Source of the DNA: Vicinamibacterales bacterium
GTDB taxonomy: Bacteria > Acidobacteriota > Vicinamibacteria > Vicinamibacterales > UBA8438
Direction: 5' to 3'
Assembly: GCA_965246995.1 (NCBI GenBank)
Contig: OZ252008.1
Span: 64,993 to 128,992, forward strand
Length of the DNA: 64,000 nt
Positions within the stretch are counted from its first letter, which is position 1. Each line of letters starts with the position of its first letter. A program made the position numbers and the translations under genes. This document shows, piece after piece, positions 1-8,440 of this stretch. Under the pieces are notes generated by a model that saw only the letters and a list, made by a program, of their open reading frames with translations, was not told the origin of the DNA and did not search any database.

Positions 1-2
1 AC

Positions 3-809
3 CAGAGGCTGGCCGACTGGCGCCGCGAGGCGCCGATCCGGCCGGTCGTCTTCGAAGACGCCGGCGTACTCAGTGACGACACCGTCCACCTGCACCTGGA
101 GCAACGGGTGGCCCAGCGTCTGCTCGCGCGGTTCCGCGCCCAGGGCTTCATCTACCACGACCTGTCACGCGCCTGTCTCGCGCAGGCGAACGACTCGATT
201 CCCCGGGTCGTCCTTCTCGGGCGGCTGTGTCTCTACGGGCGCCGGGCGGAGCGGCTGCACGAGGAGATCGTCCCGCTGGCGGCCCGGTGGATCGAACCGG
301 GGCGGCGGAGCGGTCCGCTCCGGGCCTACGCGCGCGAAGCCGAGACGCGGACGCTCGATCTGCTGAAGCAGTCGCTGACCGGTCGCCTGGACTGGACGCC
401 GCACGACGTCATCCGCGCCCGGCTGCTGGCGACGGCGCCGCGCGACGTCGAGGAACTGCTACCGCAACTCGAGCCGCGGGCCGAGGAGTTGGCCGCGCTG
501 GCGACGCGCAGGCTGCGCGAGCGGGGAGAGCGGGAGGCGCGCGACCTGGACGAAACGCTCCGCCGGCAGCGCGAACGCATCGTCGAGGAGCTCGACCGTC
601 ACGAGGGTCGTTTCGCGCAGATCGCACTGGAATTCGACGAAGAGGAGCGACGGCAGCTTCAGTCGAACATGCGCTACTGGCGCAAGCGCCTCGACCAGTT
701 CGACCGAGACCTGGAGCAGGAGCCGCGCCGGATCCGAGCCTTCTATGAGGTGCAGGCACAGCGGGTCGAGCCGGTCGGCGTGGTGTACCTGTGGCCGGAG
801 ACGAATTGA
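3..809 (+). CDS. 3' fragment of a large helicase-type (defence-associated) protein; 5' end outside window
   Basis: The frame is open from the window edge (QRLADWRREAPIRPVVFEDAG... precedes the first listed Met at 108) to the stop at 807-809. The tail is an Arg/Glu-rich coiled coil (...EEERRQLQSNMRYWRKRLDQFDRDLEQEPRRIRAFYEV...VGVVYLWPETN). No helicase motif lies inside the window, so the family call rests only on its position directly upstream of a giant N6-adenine methyltransferase. Confidence 0.4.
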   Translation, partial: QRLADWRREAPIRPVVFEDAGVLSDDTVHLHLEQRVAQRLLARFRAQGFIYHDLSRACLAQANDSIPRVVLLGRLCLYGRRAERLHEEIVPLAARWIEPGRRSGPLRAYAREAETRTLDLLKQSLTGRLDWTPHDVIRARLLATAPRDVEELLPQLEPRAEELAALATRRLRERGEREARDLDETLRRQRERIVEELDRHEGRFAQIALEFDEEERRQLQSNMRYWRKRLDQFDRDLEQEPRRIRAFYEVQAQRVEPVGVVYLWPETN

Positions 810-855
810 GTGGCCTCACGCCAACGTGTGGCGATCTGTTGCTGATCGGATTACC

Positions 856-1143
856 ATGCATTTCATGAACGGCCTTTCTGTCAAGTTGCCGGAAGAGTTG
901 CATGCGGTGCTCTCCAGGGAAGCGCGGCGCCGCAACGTCAGCCGGTCGTCCCTCGTGCGGGAGCTCATCGCGAACGCGCTGAGCGACAGGGGCGGCGCGC
1001 CGCCACCGAGTTGCGCGGATCTCGCCGGTGACCTGGTCGGCGCCGTTCGCAGCGGACGTTCCGACCTGGCGACGAATACGCGTCTGCTCGACGAGGCTGT
1101 CGTCCAGGACTCCCACCGTGCCGGCGCCGACGGTCATCGTTGA
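856..1143 (+). CDS. vapB: Ribbon-helix-helix (CopG/Arc-type) antitoxin, VapB-like
   Basis: ATG at 856 (alternative at 865). The N-terminal LSVKLPEELHAVLSREARRRNVSRSSLVRELI is a typical RHH beta-strand plus two helices. The gene overlaps the downstream PIN gene by 26 nt, the usual TA operon architecture. Confidence 0.75.
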   Translation: MHFMNGLSVKLPEELHAVLSREARRRNVSRSSLVRELIANALSDRGGAPPPSCADLAGDLVGAVRSGRSDLATNTRLLDEAVVQDSHRAGADGHR

Positions 1144-1543
1144 CACCGGGCCCATCGTTGCGCTGCTCGATGCGGACGAGGCGCACCACGAGTGGGCGCG
1201 CACGCAGTTTGCTGCGCTGGGAGCACCGCTGCTCACTTGCGAAGCCGCGCTCTCGGAGGCGTCGTTTCTGTTGCAACGGGCCGGAGCCGATCAGAGCCTG
1301 CCGGTGACGCTGGTTGGCCGGGGTGTGCTGCGCATCGAGCACCCGATCGCAAGCGAGGCCGATGCGCTGGCCGTCCGGGGATTGATTCGTCGCTACCGTA
1401 GCGTGCCAATGTCGTTTGCCGATGCCTGTCTGGTTCGACTGCTTGAGGGCACCGATAGCGCGTCGATCATGACGCTCGATTCCGATTTCCGCATCTATAG
1501 GCAGGCTGGACGGCGGGTCATTCCCCTGCTCATGCCGACGTAG
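1118..1543 (+). CDS. vapC: PIN-domain toxin, VapC-like
   Basis: GTG at 1118 gives (M)PAPTVIVDTGPIVALLDADE..., carrying the first acidic PIN residue. Later motifs include FADACLVRLL and IMTLDSDFRIY (C-terminal acidic residue). The size (~141 aa) and coupling to an RHH gene fit VapC. Confidence 0.8.
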   Translation: MPAPTVIVDTGPIVALLDADEAHHEWARTQFAALGAPLLTCEAALSEASFLLQRAGADQSLPVTLVGRGVLRIEHPIASEADALAVRGLIRRYRSVPMSFADACLVRLLEGTDSASIMTLDSDFRIYRQAGRRVIPLLMPT

Positions 1544-1546
1544 CCG

Positions 1547-4500
1547 ATGCCGAAGCGCGACCCGCACAGAGACGCTCACCTGGAGTGGATCGGCTTCGTC
1601 CGGCCGACCGGCCTCGTGGTGTCGGCACCGGCCCTGGTCCGCGCCGGGGCGATTCTCCCGCGCGATCCGGAAGGGCAGCGACTGCTGCGCGCCTGCGTCA
1701 CCGAACGGCGTCTCCATCCCGACCGCGAACCGGAGCCGTGGCTGCCGGACTTTCGGGCGTTCGCCTCATCGGTGCTCGGCTGGAACTTCTCGCCGAGGGG
1801 CTACGCGGGGACTGTCGAGTGCCCGATCCCGCCGGAGCTGGAGACGCCACTGCAGGAAGGCGGGGAGGTGCTGCGTCCCGACTTCGCGGTACGCGAGCGC
1901 GACCCCCGGGGAAACGCGTCCGCGTGGCAGCTCATCGTCAAGGTCATCGAGCCCGGCGAGGACTTCGATCGCGTTGCCGGCGGGGCCGGCCGCCTGGAGG
2001 TGTCGGCCCACGGTCGAATGGAACGGCTGCTGCGGCAGACCGGTGTTCCGGCAGGTTTGCTGTGCAACGGCCGCTCACTCCGCCTCGTCTCGGCGCCTCG
2101 CGGCGAAAGCTCCGGCTGGCTCGACGTGCACGTGGCCGACATGGTCACCACGGCGGGCCGGCCGATCGTGGCTGCGCTGCGGCTGCTGCTGAGCCAGACC
2201 CGGCTCCTGAGTCTCCCGCGCGACAAGCGTTTCGCCGCGCTGCTCGCGGACAGCCGGCGCTTCCAGAACGAGGTGAGCGAGCGGCTGGCCGAGCAGGTGC
2301 TGCACGCGCTCTACGAACTACTGCGCGGCATCCAGGCGGCCGACGACACCTCGAAGGGAAAACTGCTGCGCGCGCCGCTGGCCGAGCGGCCCGACGATAT
2401 CTACCACGCGCTGCTCACCGTCATCCTGCGCCTCGTCTTCCTGCTCTACGCGGAGGAGCGGGACCTGCTGCCCGGCGGCGAGACGTTCGCGCGCCACTAC
2501 TCCCTCGCCGGCCTGTACGAGCGCCTGCGCGAGGACGCCGCGCTGCACCCCGACACGCTGAACCAGCGCTACGGCGCCTGGGCGCAGCTTCTCGTGCTGT
2601 TCCGGCTGTTCCACGACGGCGCCGAGGCGGATGGTCTGCACCTGCCCAGACGCCACGGCGCGTTGTTCGACCCCGACCGCTTCCCGTTTCTCGAAGGCCG
2701 GGGCGCCGGGGCGCGCCAGATTCACGAACGGATCGAGCCACCGCTCGTGCCCGACGGCACCATCTACCGCGCGCTCGACAAGCTGCTGGTGCTCGACGGC
2801 GAGCGCATCTCGTACCGCGCCCTCGACGTGGAGCAGATCGGCTCTGTCTACGAGACGATGATGGGCTTCCGGCTCGAGACGGCCCGCGGCCGGTCGGTGG
2901 CGATCAAGGCGCAGAAGAAGCACGGCGCGCCCACAACCGTAAACCTGGAGGCGCTGGCCGCCGAGCCGGGCCACCGCCGGGCGCAGTGGCTGCGGGAGCG
3001 GACCGACCGCGCGCTCACCGACACCGTGCGCAAGCCGGTGGCCGCAGCCCAGGCCGTCGCCGACCTGCACGCGGCGCTGCACCCCGTGATCGACACCGCC
3101 GCCACGCCCGACCTCGTGCCGCCCGGCGCCCTCGTGCTGCAGCCGAGCGAGGCGCGCCGCCGCTCCGGATCCCACTACACACCGCGCGAACTGACCGAGC
3201 CGATCGTCCGCACCACGCTGGAGCCGATCCTCGCCCGCCTGCGCGGACCCGGCGGCAAGCCGCCGAGGCCGGCGGCGATCCTCGACCTGAAGGTCTGCGA
3301 CCCGGCAATGGGCTCCGGGGCCTTCCTGGTGGAAGCGTGCCGCCAGCTCGGCGATGCGCTGATCGAAGCGTGGCGCGCCGCCGGCGACGACGCGGCACCC
3401 GACATTCCGCCCGGCGAGGACGAAGTGATCTTCGCCCGCCGGCTCATCGCCCAGCGCTGCCTCTACGGCGTGGACCGCAACCCGATGGCCGTCGACCTGG
3501 CCAAGGTCTCGCTTTGGCTCGCCACGCTGGCCAAGGAACACGCCCTCACGTTCGTCGATCACGCGCTGCGGCACGGCGATTCGCTCGTCGGGTTGTCGCA
3601 GCGCCAGATCGAGACGTTCCACTGGGACACCACCAGCAAGTACTCCCAGCAGGGGTTCGAGACCATCCCCGTGCGGGAACAGGTCGCCAAGGTGTCCGAG
3701 TTGCGCCGCCAAATCCGTGAGGCCGACGCCAGCGTCCCGGACTGGGATCTGCGCGACTGGTGGGACGAAGCCCGCTTCGAGCTCGACAAGGTGCGTCTGT
3801 TCGGCGACCTGGCAACCGCCGCCTTCTTCGAGGGGAGCAAACCAAAGGAACGCGAAGCCCGGCGCGCAGAGTACGCCGCTGCCGTCATCGAGGGTCAGGC
3901 CGACCAGTTCCGCGCAGAGCTCGACGAGCGCCGCCGCGACGACGCGCCCCTGGCGCCGTTCCACTGGGAGCTGGAGTTCCCGGAGGTGTTTGAACGCAAG
4001 TCATCAGCCGGGAGCGTGAGGAGGAACCCCTCGCAAGAGAAGCCGCCGGGGTTCGATGCGATCGTCGGAAATCCACCGTTTGCGGGCAAGAACTCGGTGG
4101 CCGCTGGAAACGTCGCGAACTACCCCGACTGGTTGAAGGAGATCCACGAGGAAAGCCACGGCAACGCCGATCTCGTCGCCCACTTCTTCCGCCGCGCGTT
4201 CGATCTCGTCCGACATCAAGGCGCGTTCGGCCTCATCGCCACCAACACCATCGCCCAGGGCGACACTCGCGCCAGCGGCCTGCGCTGGATCTGCAAGCAC
4301 GGCGGCGAGATATTTTCCGTCCGCCGCCGGGTCAAATGGCCCGGTCTGGCCGCCGTCGTCGTCAGCGTGCTGCATATCGGAAAGGATGCGGTCATGGACC
4401 GCAAGCAGATCGACGGCCGCGACGTCGAGCGCATCACGGCGTTCCTGTTCCACCGCGGCGGCCACGACGATCCCGTCCGCCTCAAAGCCAACGCGGGCAA

Positions 4501-5167
4501 GAGCTTCCAGGGCAGCATCGTCCTCGGCATGGGCTTCACGTTCGACGACACCGACACGAAGGGTGTCGCCTCGCCGCTGTCCGAGATGCACCGGCTCATC
4601 GAGAAAGACCCACGGAACCAGGAGGTGATCTTCCCCTACATCGGTGGACAGGAGGTAAACACCAGCCCGACGCATGCGCATCACCGGTATGTGATCAACT
4701 TCAGTGACTTTCCGTTGCGGCGGGCGAGTGTCGAAACCGGCGGAGCAGGTGTGCCCGAAGACAGCCGGGTACCGGCCGATGAACTCGTTGAGCCGGTGAC
4801 GTCGTGGGTCGACGCGACGGACGAGCAGCGGCGTGCGTGGCTCCACCAGGGAAGAGTTCCGCTCGACTATCCCCAGCCGGCGGCTGCAGACTGGACGGAC
4901 TTGTTGCCGATTGTGAAAGAACGGGTGCGAGGCACGCGCGGGAGACACTCGACGGCGCCGTGGTGGCAGTTTGAACGCGTTCGCCCCGAACTCTATGCCA
5001 CCATCGGCGGCCTGGAGCGGGTGCTGGTGATTCCCCAGACGTCGAACGTTCAGGCACTAGCCCGGATAATTCGTGAAGGGTCCGATTTCGATAGTGACGC
5101 AAGGACCCCCGTGTGGTACAAATGCTGTGAAGCCAGACATTTACCCACCACAGAGGCCCTTGCGTGA
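1547..5167 (+). CDS. Giant gamma-class N6-adenine DNA methyltransferase (Eco57I/MmeI/PglX/DrmMI-like), native 3' end replaced by IS sequence
   Basis: SAM motif I VCDPAMGSGAFLVEA is followed about 250 aa later by FHWELEFPEVF and catalytic motif IV IVGNPPFAGK; the order I then IV defines the gamma class. The N-terminal block RLVFLLYAEERDLLP is typical of the PglX/MmeI-type group. After roughly 5050-5060 the ORF reads into the left end of an IS1380-type element, so the last ~35 codons are not native. Confidence 0.8.
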   Translation: MPKRDPHRDAHLEWIGFVRPTGLVVSAPALVRAGAILPRDPEGQRLLRACVTERRLHPDREPEPWLPDFRAFASSVLGWNFSPRGYAGTVECPIPPELETPLQEGGEVLRPDFAVRERDPRGNASAWQLIVKVIEPGEDFDRVAGGAGRLEVSAHGRMERLLRQTGVPAGLLCNGRSLRLVSAPRGESSGWLDVHVADMVTTAGRPIVAALRLLLSQTRLLSLPRDKRFAALLADSRRFQNEVSERLAEQVLHALYELLRGIQAADDTSKGKLLRAPLAERPDDIYHALLTVILRLVFLLYAEERDLLPGGETFARHYSLAGLYERLREDAALHPDTLNQRYGAWAQLLVLFRLFHDGAEADGLHLPRRHGALFDPDRFPFLEGRGAGARQIHERIEPPLVPDGTIYRALDKLLVLDGERISYRALDVEQIGSVYETMMGFRLETARGRSVAIKAQKKHGAPTTVNLEALAAEPGHRRAQWLRERTDRALTDTVRKPVAAAQAVADLHAALHPVIDTAATPDLVPPGALVLQPSEARRRSGSHYTPRELTEPIVRTTLEPILARLRGPGGKPPRPAAILDLKVCDPAMGSGAFLVEACRQLGDALIEAWRAAGDDAAPDIPPGEDEVIFARRLIAQRCLYGVDRNPMAVDLAKVSLWLATLAKEHALTFVDHALRHGDSLVGLSQRQIETFHWDTTSKYSQQGFETIPVREQVAKVSELRRQIREADASVPDWDLRDWWDEARFELDKVRLFGDLATAAFFEGSKPKEREARRAEYAAAVIEGQADQFRAELDERRRDDAPLAPFHWELEFPEVFERKSSAGSVRRNPSQEKPPGFDAIVGNPPFAGKNSVAAGNVANYPDWLKEIHEESHGNADLVAHFFRRAFDLVRHQGAFGLIATNTIAQGDTRASGLRWICKHGGEIFSVRRRVKWPGLAAVVVSVLHIGKDAVMDRKQIDGRDVERITAFLFHRGGHDDPVRLKANAGKSFQGSIVLGMGFTFDDTDTKGVASPLSEMHRLIEKDPRNQEVIFPYIGGQEVNTSPTHAHHRYVINFSDFPLRRASVETGGAGVPEDSRVPADELVEPVTSWVDATDEQRRAWLHQGRVPLDYPQPAAADWTDLLPIVKERVRGTRGRHSTAPWWQFERVRPELYATIGGLERVLVIPQTSNVQALARIIREGSDFDSDARTPVWYKCCEARHLPTTEALA

Positions 5168-5922
5168 CGACCGACAAGATATCACAGACTGTCCTCTTTC
5201 CGGATCTCTTCGACAAGCCCCTCGTCGCGACGTTCGACCGCCAGCACGCGAGTTCCGATGGCGGCGCGGTTCTGCTCAAGGCGGCCGAGCGGCTGTACGG
5301 GTTGGTGGCGGGCTTTGCCCGCTGTCTGGTCGACCGGCGGGAGCCCGGGAAGGTTCGGCACACGTTGGCGGAGTTGCTCGGCCAGCGGATCTTCGGCATT
5401 GCGTGTGGCCATCCGGATGGTAACGACGCCGACCGCCTCGCCGACGATCCGATCCACAAGCTGTTGCTCGGGCGCGACCCGGTCGCTGGCGAGGCGTTGG
5501 CCTCGCAGCCGACGATCTCTCGGTTCGAGAACGGCGTCGGCCGGTCTGCCCTCTACGAGCTGGCGCGCGAGCTGGCGATGCGGGTCATCGAGCGGCATCA
5601 GCGCCGGCTGGACGGGCGGGCGCGGCGGATCACGATCGACCTGGATCCCACCGACGACGCGACGCACGGCGCCCAGCAGCTCACCTTCTTCAACGGGCAC
5701 TACGATAGCTGGTGCTACCTGCCGTTGCTGGCGTTTCTGACCTTCGACCAGGAACGCGAACAGTATCTGTGCGCGGCGGTGCTGCGGCCCGGAAATGTGT
5801 CGGCCACCCGCGGGACCGTGGGCGTGTTGTGTCGGCTGCTGCCCCTGCTGCGGCAGGCCTTTCCCCAGGCGCGGTTTCTCGTCCGGCTCGACGGGGGCTT
5901 TGCGACGCCGGAGATCTTGAGC
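5061..5922 (+). mobile_element. IS1380-family IS fragment (left end plus N-terminal ~250 codons of the DDE transposase); right half missing
   Basis: The transposase starts at 5164: MTTDKISQTVLFPDLFDKPLVATFD...SSDGGAVLL...ITIDLDPTDDATHGAQQLTFFNGHYDSWCYLPLL...VRLDGGFATPEIL, a pattern I recognise as IS1380 family. Both the similarity and the high GC stop abruptly near 5920. The left boundary (~5061, cccggataattcgtgaagggtcc) is approximate. Confidence 0.7.
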
Positions 5923-7770
5923 ATTGCGGCCAGGGTAGCTTCGGAACTGAAAGCGAACGAATTTTGGAAAAAAAACGGCTTCGACATTATACGCCGCACG
6001 CCCGGTGGAGCCACAGGGCGGACGATAAATCACTACACGCTCCATCTTGACGTTCCGTCACTCCTCCCCGGTGGCCAACGTCACATTACTTCACCCCTCG
6101 ACGATGCCGAACAAATCCGCTACAGCCGTCCGCTGTTACCAACGCTCTCCTACGTACTTGATCTGAACGTCTTCTTCGACATCGTGAGAAGCCGTGATGT
6201 TGGAGAATCTGCTCATCTTTTATCGCTCGCTCTAGACAATGAAATACGTCTCTCTACTACTTCGGAATTTGCCAAGGAACTGGAACGGCATTCACGCGAT
6301 CTGCAAAACGACCCTGTCTTGGCGTTCGCAAGACGTTTACCGACACTACCGGAGTTGCGACCGGAAATCCTGACCCCGCTGACCGATGAGTTGAGAAAGT
6401 TGCTTGCGCCGGGACAGCCCAAAACAGGAAAACGGGCGGCAAATGATGCCTCAGATCTGATCCATCTTGCGTCCTGCATTCATCACAAGGCATATGGCTT
6501 TGTCACTCGTGATGGTGCAATTCTTCAACGCGCTACGGCGCTACGTTTACAATATGGCCTTAGAATTATCTCGCCGGTGGACCTCACGAATTCCTTCAAT
6601 GACACAGACAGCCATTACGAATCGCGGTCGGCGACCGTTGAGCACGAAGATATCGAGGTTGCGACTCTTAATGAACAATCTCGAGCGGACGTTGAACGAT
6701 TCCTGGACAACCTGGGAGTCGAATCAAATCGCATGTCCTCGTGTCTTGAGCCGGGGTCAATGCGTCGACCTAGGTCACGAGTCGTGGTGCAAACCAAGCA
6801 GCAGATAATCGGAATCTGTTCCTGGACAGCCATACGCCCTTCCGGCCGCGAAACCACGTTGCATCTGTATGTTGATGAGGATCATCCTAATTCTGAAAGG
6901 GCTATCGATTGTCTTTTGGAGTCTTCGATGGCCATTGGCTGTCACGGTCAGCTGTATCGACTTCACTTGAAGATTAGTCCGAGACAAACGAAAACCCGCG
7001 AAGTCGCTATCCAGAGAGGCTTTCGGCCTTCGGACCCAAGAGATGGGATGTCTTCCAACACCTTAAGCAAGATGTCACTGAGAGGAATCATTACAACCGG
7101 CGACTGGCCGCGGTTCAGGAGCGAATTTAGAGAAACAACCGGTTTGATGCTTCAGGATAGCATGCCACGACATACCACATCGTCTGATGCACGCATTACA
7201 CTGACCTCGGTGGAACATCATAGTTCACGTACTATTTCTCTATTTGATTTCGAAACCTTGATAGCACCTGGCGCTTTGCTTTACCTCAATCGATCCGCAG
7301 TAATGGTACCCATCAGAGAAGAATACGCGAATGGACTGCTTCCGGCAACCGGAAGTCAACCATCGTTTCTTCCTGGTTCGGAAGCGGTTCTGCGCCTGGA
7401 GCGAGCCTATTTTTGGGCTGCCGGCAAGCATGCATTAGTGCAGAGAGGAATGATCGTTGTGTTCTATGTCAGTCGCCGACGGCGGGAAGCTGTGGCGCTG
7501 GCCAGAGTAACATTCTCTGACTCTCTAACTAAAACTCAGGCTGTAATGAACCTGGGCCGGCAGGGTGTGCTGACTGAACAAGAAATACACCAGAGAGCCA
7601 ATAACAGAAATGAAGTCGCGGCGTTCACCTTTGACAATCTTCTGGTATTTCGCGAAAAGATCGCTTTTCGAGAACTTAAGCGAATGGGCTGCATCGGAGG
7701 AGCTAATCTGGTTACAGCACAACCGCTGACTCACGAATCTATGCTTAAAATCGTGAAACGAGCGTTCTGA
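5923..7770 (+). CDS. Low-GC multidomain ORF: (GNAT C-terminal remnant)-PIN-like-degenerate GNAT-like-ASCH-like; 5' end lost or fused in frame to the IS1380 fragment
   Basis: This is the same frame as ORF 5164..7770, but composition drops sharply at ~5920. The first residues ...ANEFWKKNGFDIIRRT look like the end of a GNAT fold. The PIN-like region (~6151-6590) reads LSYVLDLNVFFDIV...NDASDLIHLASCIHHKAYGFVTRDGAIL. The GNAT-like region (~6650-7040) reads IEVATLNE...IIGICSW...LHLYVDEDHPNSERAIDCLLE...EVAIQRGFRP and lacks the usual R/QxxGxG/A loop. The C-terminal ~160 aa align block by block with the ASCH protein encoded next. No in-frame ATG or GTG precedes the PIN block. Confidence 0.5.
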   Translation: MAARVASELKANEFWKKNGFDIIRRTPGGATGRTINHYTLHLDVPSLLPGGQRHITSPLDDAEQIRYSRPLLPTLSYVLDLNVFFDIVRSRDVGESAHLLSLALDNEIRLSTTSEFAKELERHSRDLQNDPVLAFARRLPTLPELRPEILTPLTDELRKLLAPGQPKTGKRAANDASDLIHLASCIHHKAYGFVTRDGAILQRATALRLQYGLRIISPVDLTNSFNDTDSHYESRSATVEHEDIEVATLNEQSRADVERFLDNLGVESNRMSSCLEPGSMRRPRSRVVVQTKQQIIGICSWTAIRPSGRETTLHLYVDEDHPNSERAIDCLLESSMAIGCHGQLYRLHLKISPRQTKTREVAIQRGFRPSDPRDGMSSNTLSKMSLRGIITTGDWPRFRSEFRETTGLMLQDSMPRHTTSSDARITLTSVEHHSSRTISLFDFETLIAPGALLYLNRSAVMVPIREEYANGLLPATGSQPSFLPGSEAVLRLERAYFWAAGKHALVQRGMIVVFYVSRRRREAVALARVTFSDSLTKTQAVMNLGRQGVLTEQEIHQRANNRNEVAAFTFDNLLVFREKIAFRELKRMGCIGGANLVTAQPLTHESMLKIVKRAF

Positions 7771-7783
7771 ATTTGGAAAACTG

Positions 7784-8248
7784 ATGAATCAAGCGATCAT
7801 TTCACTCAAACCGCAGTACGTAGAGCTGGTCCTATCGGGACAAAAATCCGTAGAGCTGCGCAACAGGATCGTGAGGTTGGAACCTGGTTCCCGCGTATGG
7901 ATATACGCGACAAAACCGGTGGGCGGTATTGTAGCGATGGCAGACGTCGAGTCGGTCGTTCATGCCAAGCCGGCGGCAATCTGGCGGCGTTACGGAAAGG
8001 AAATATGTATCAACAAGGATTGTTTCGATTCCTACATCGGAAATAGGGATTGTGCGACGGCTATGTTATTGACGTCTGTGAGAAAACTACATAAATTCCT
8101 GACATTAGACGGTATACGCCGTGCGGTGGGCTCCTTTCATCCACCACAGTTCTACACACGGCTTTCGTCGGACGGCTTGTTGATTGGGGCCTTGAATAGA
8201 AGCATGAGCATCGGAAAAGATGTTGATATTGGCGACGATGGAAATTGA
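7784..8248 (+). CDS. ASCH (ASC-1 homology, PUA-like fold) domain protein
   Basis: MNQAIISLKPQYVELVLSGQKSVELRNRIVRLEPGSRVWIYATKPVGGIVAMADVESV... is the characteristic ASCH N-terminal pattern (I..kP.y...I.sG.K..E.R). It has the same low-GC composition as the upstream ORF and starts 13 nt after that ORF's stop. Confidence 0.75.
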   Translation: MNQAIISLKPQYVELVLSGQKSVELRNRIVRLEPGSRVWIYATKPVGGIVAMADVESVVHAKPAAIWRRYGKEICINKDCFDSYIGNRDCATAMLLTSVRKLHKFLTLDGIRRAVGSFHPPQFYTRLSSDGLLIGALNRSMSIGKDVDIGDDGN

Positions 8249-8440
8249 CGACGCATGCGGATGCATGAAATAGGTAGTGCTGTGGGCGCATGCGCAGCCG
8301 CAAGCAACATTGCAGGTCGCGGATCGGACCGAATGTTGGCCGCTGGCCTGGGGTGCTGGCGGGGCCCGCGACGCAGGCCCGCCCGCTCCGCGCCGGCAAT
8401 CCTGCCGCAACTACTACTCGATCTGCACTCACTACCGGTC

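Noticed and set aside
2318-3964. Very long antisense or out-of-frame ORFs throughout the window. Examples: 2318..3964(-) 548 aa, 1585..3720(+) 711 aa, 9411..10838(-) 475 aa, 18063..19613(+) 516 aa, 32318..34162(+) 614 aa, 41806..43581(-) 591 aa, 46609..47916(-) 435 aa, 53062..54438(-) 458 aa, 58007..60559(-) 850 aa, 62210..63901(-) 563 aa.
   Set aside because: Each lies entirely within, and opposite to or out of frame with, a gene with unmistakable family motifs (methylase, transposases, oxidase subunits, PQQ propellers, UPF0182 and others). Their products are Arg/Ala/Pro/Gly-rich low-complexity strings, as expected from stop-poor alternative frames in high-GC DNA.
8250-8440. Palindromes (gcgcatgcgc; caacatt-N20-aatgttg) and small ORFs in the spacer between the ASCH gene and the IS630 copy. 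The region was also checked for tRNA or attachment-site features.
   Set aside because: No cloverleaf-compatible structure or direct repeat matching the other island boundary was found. The palindromes are short.
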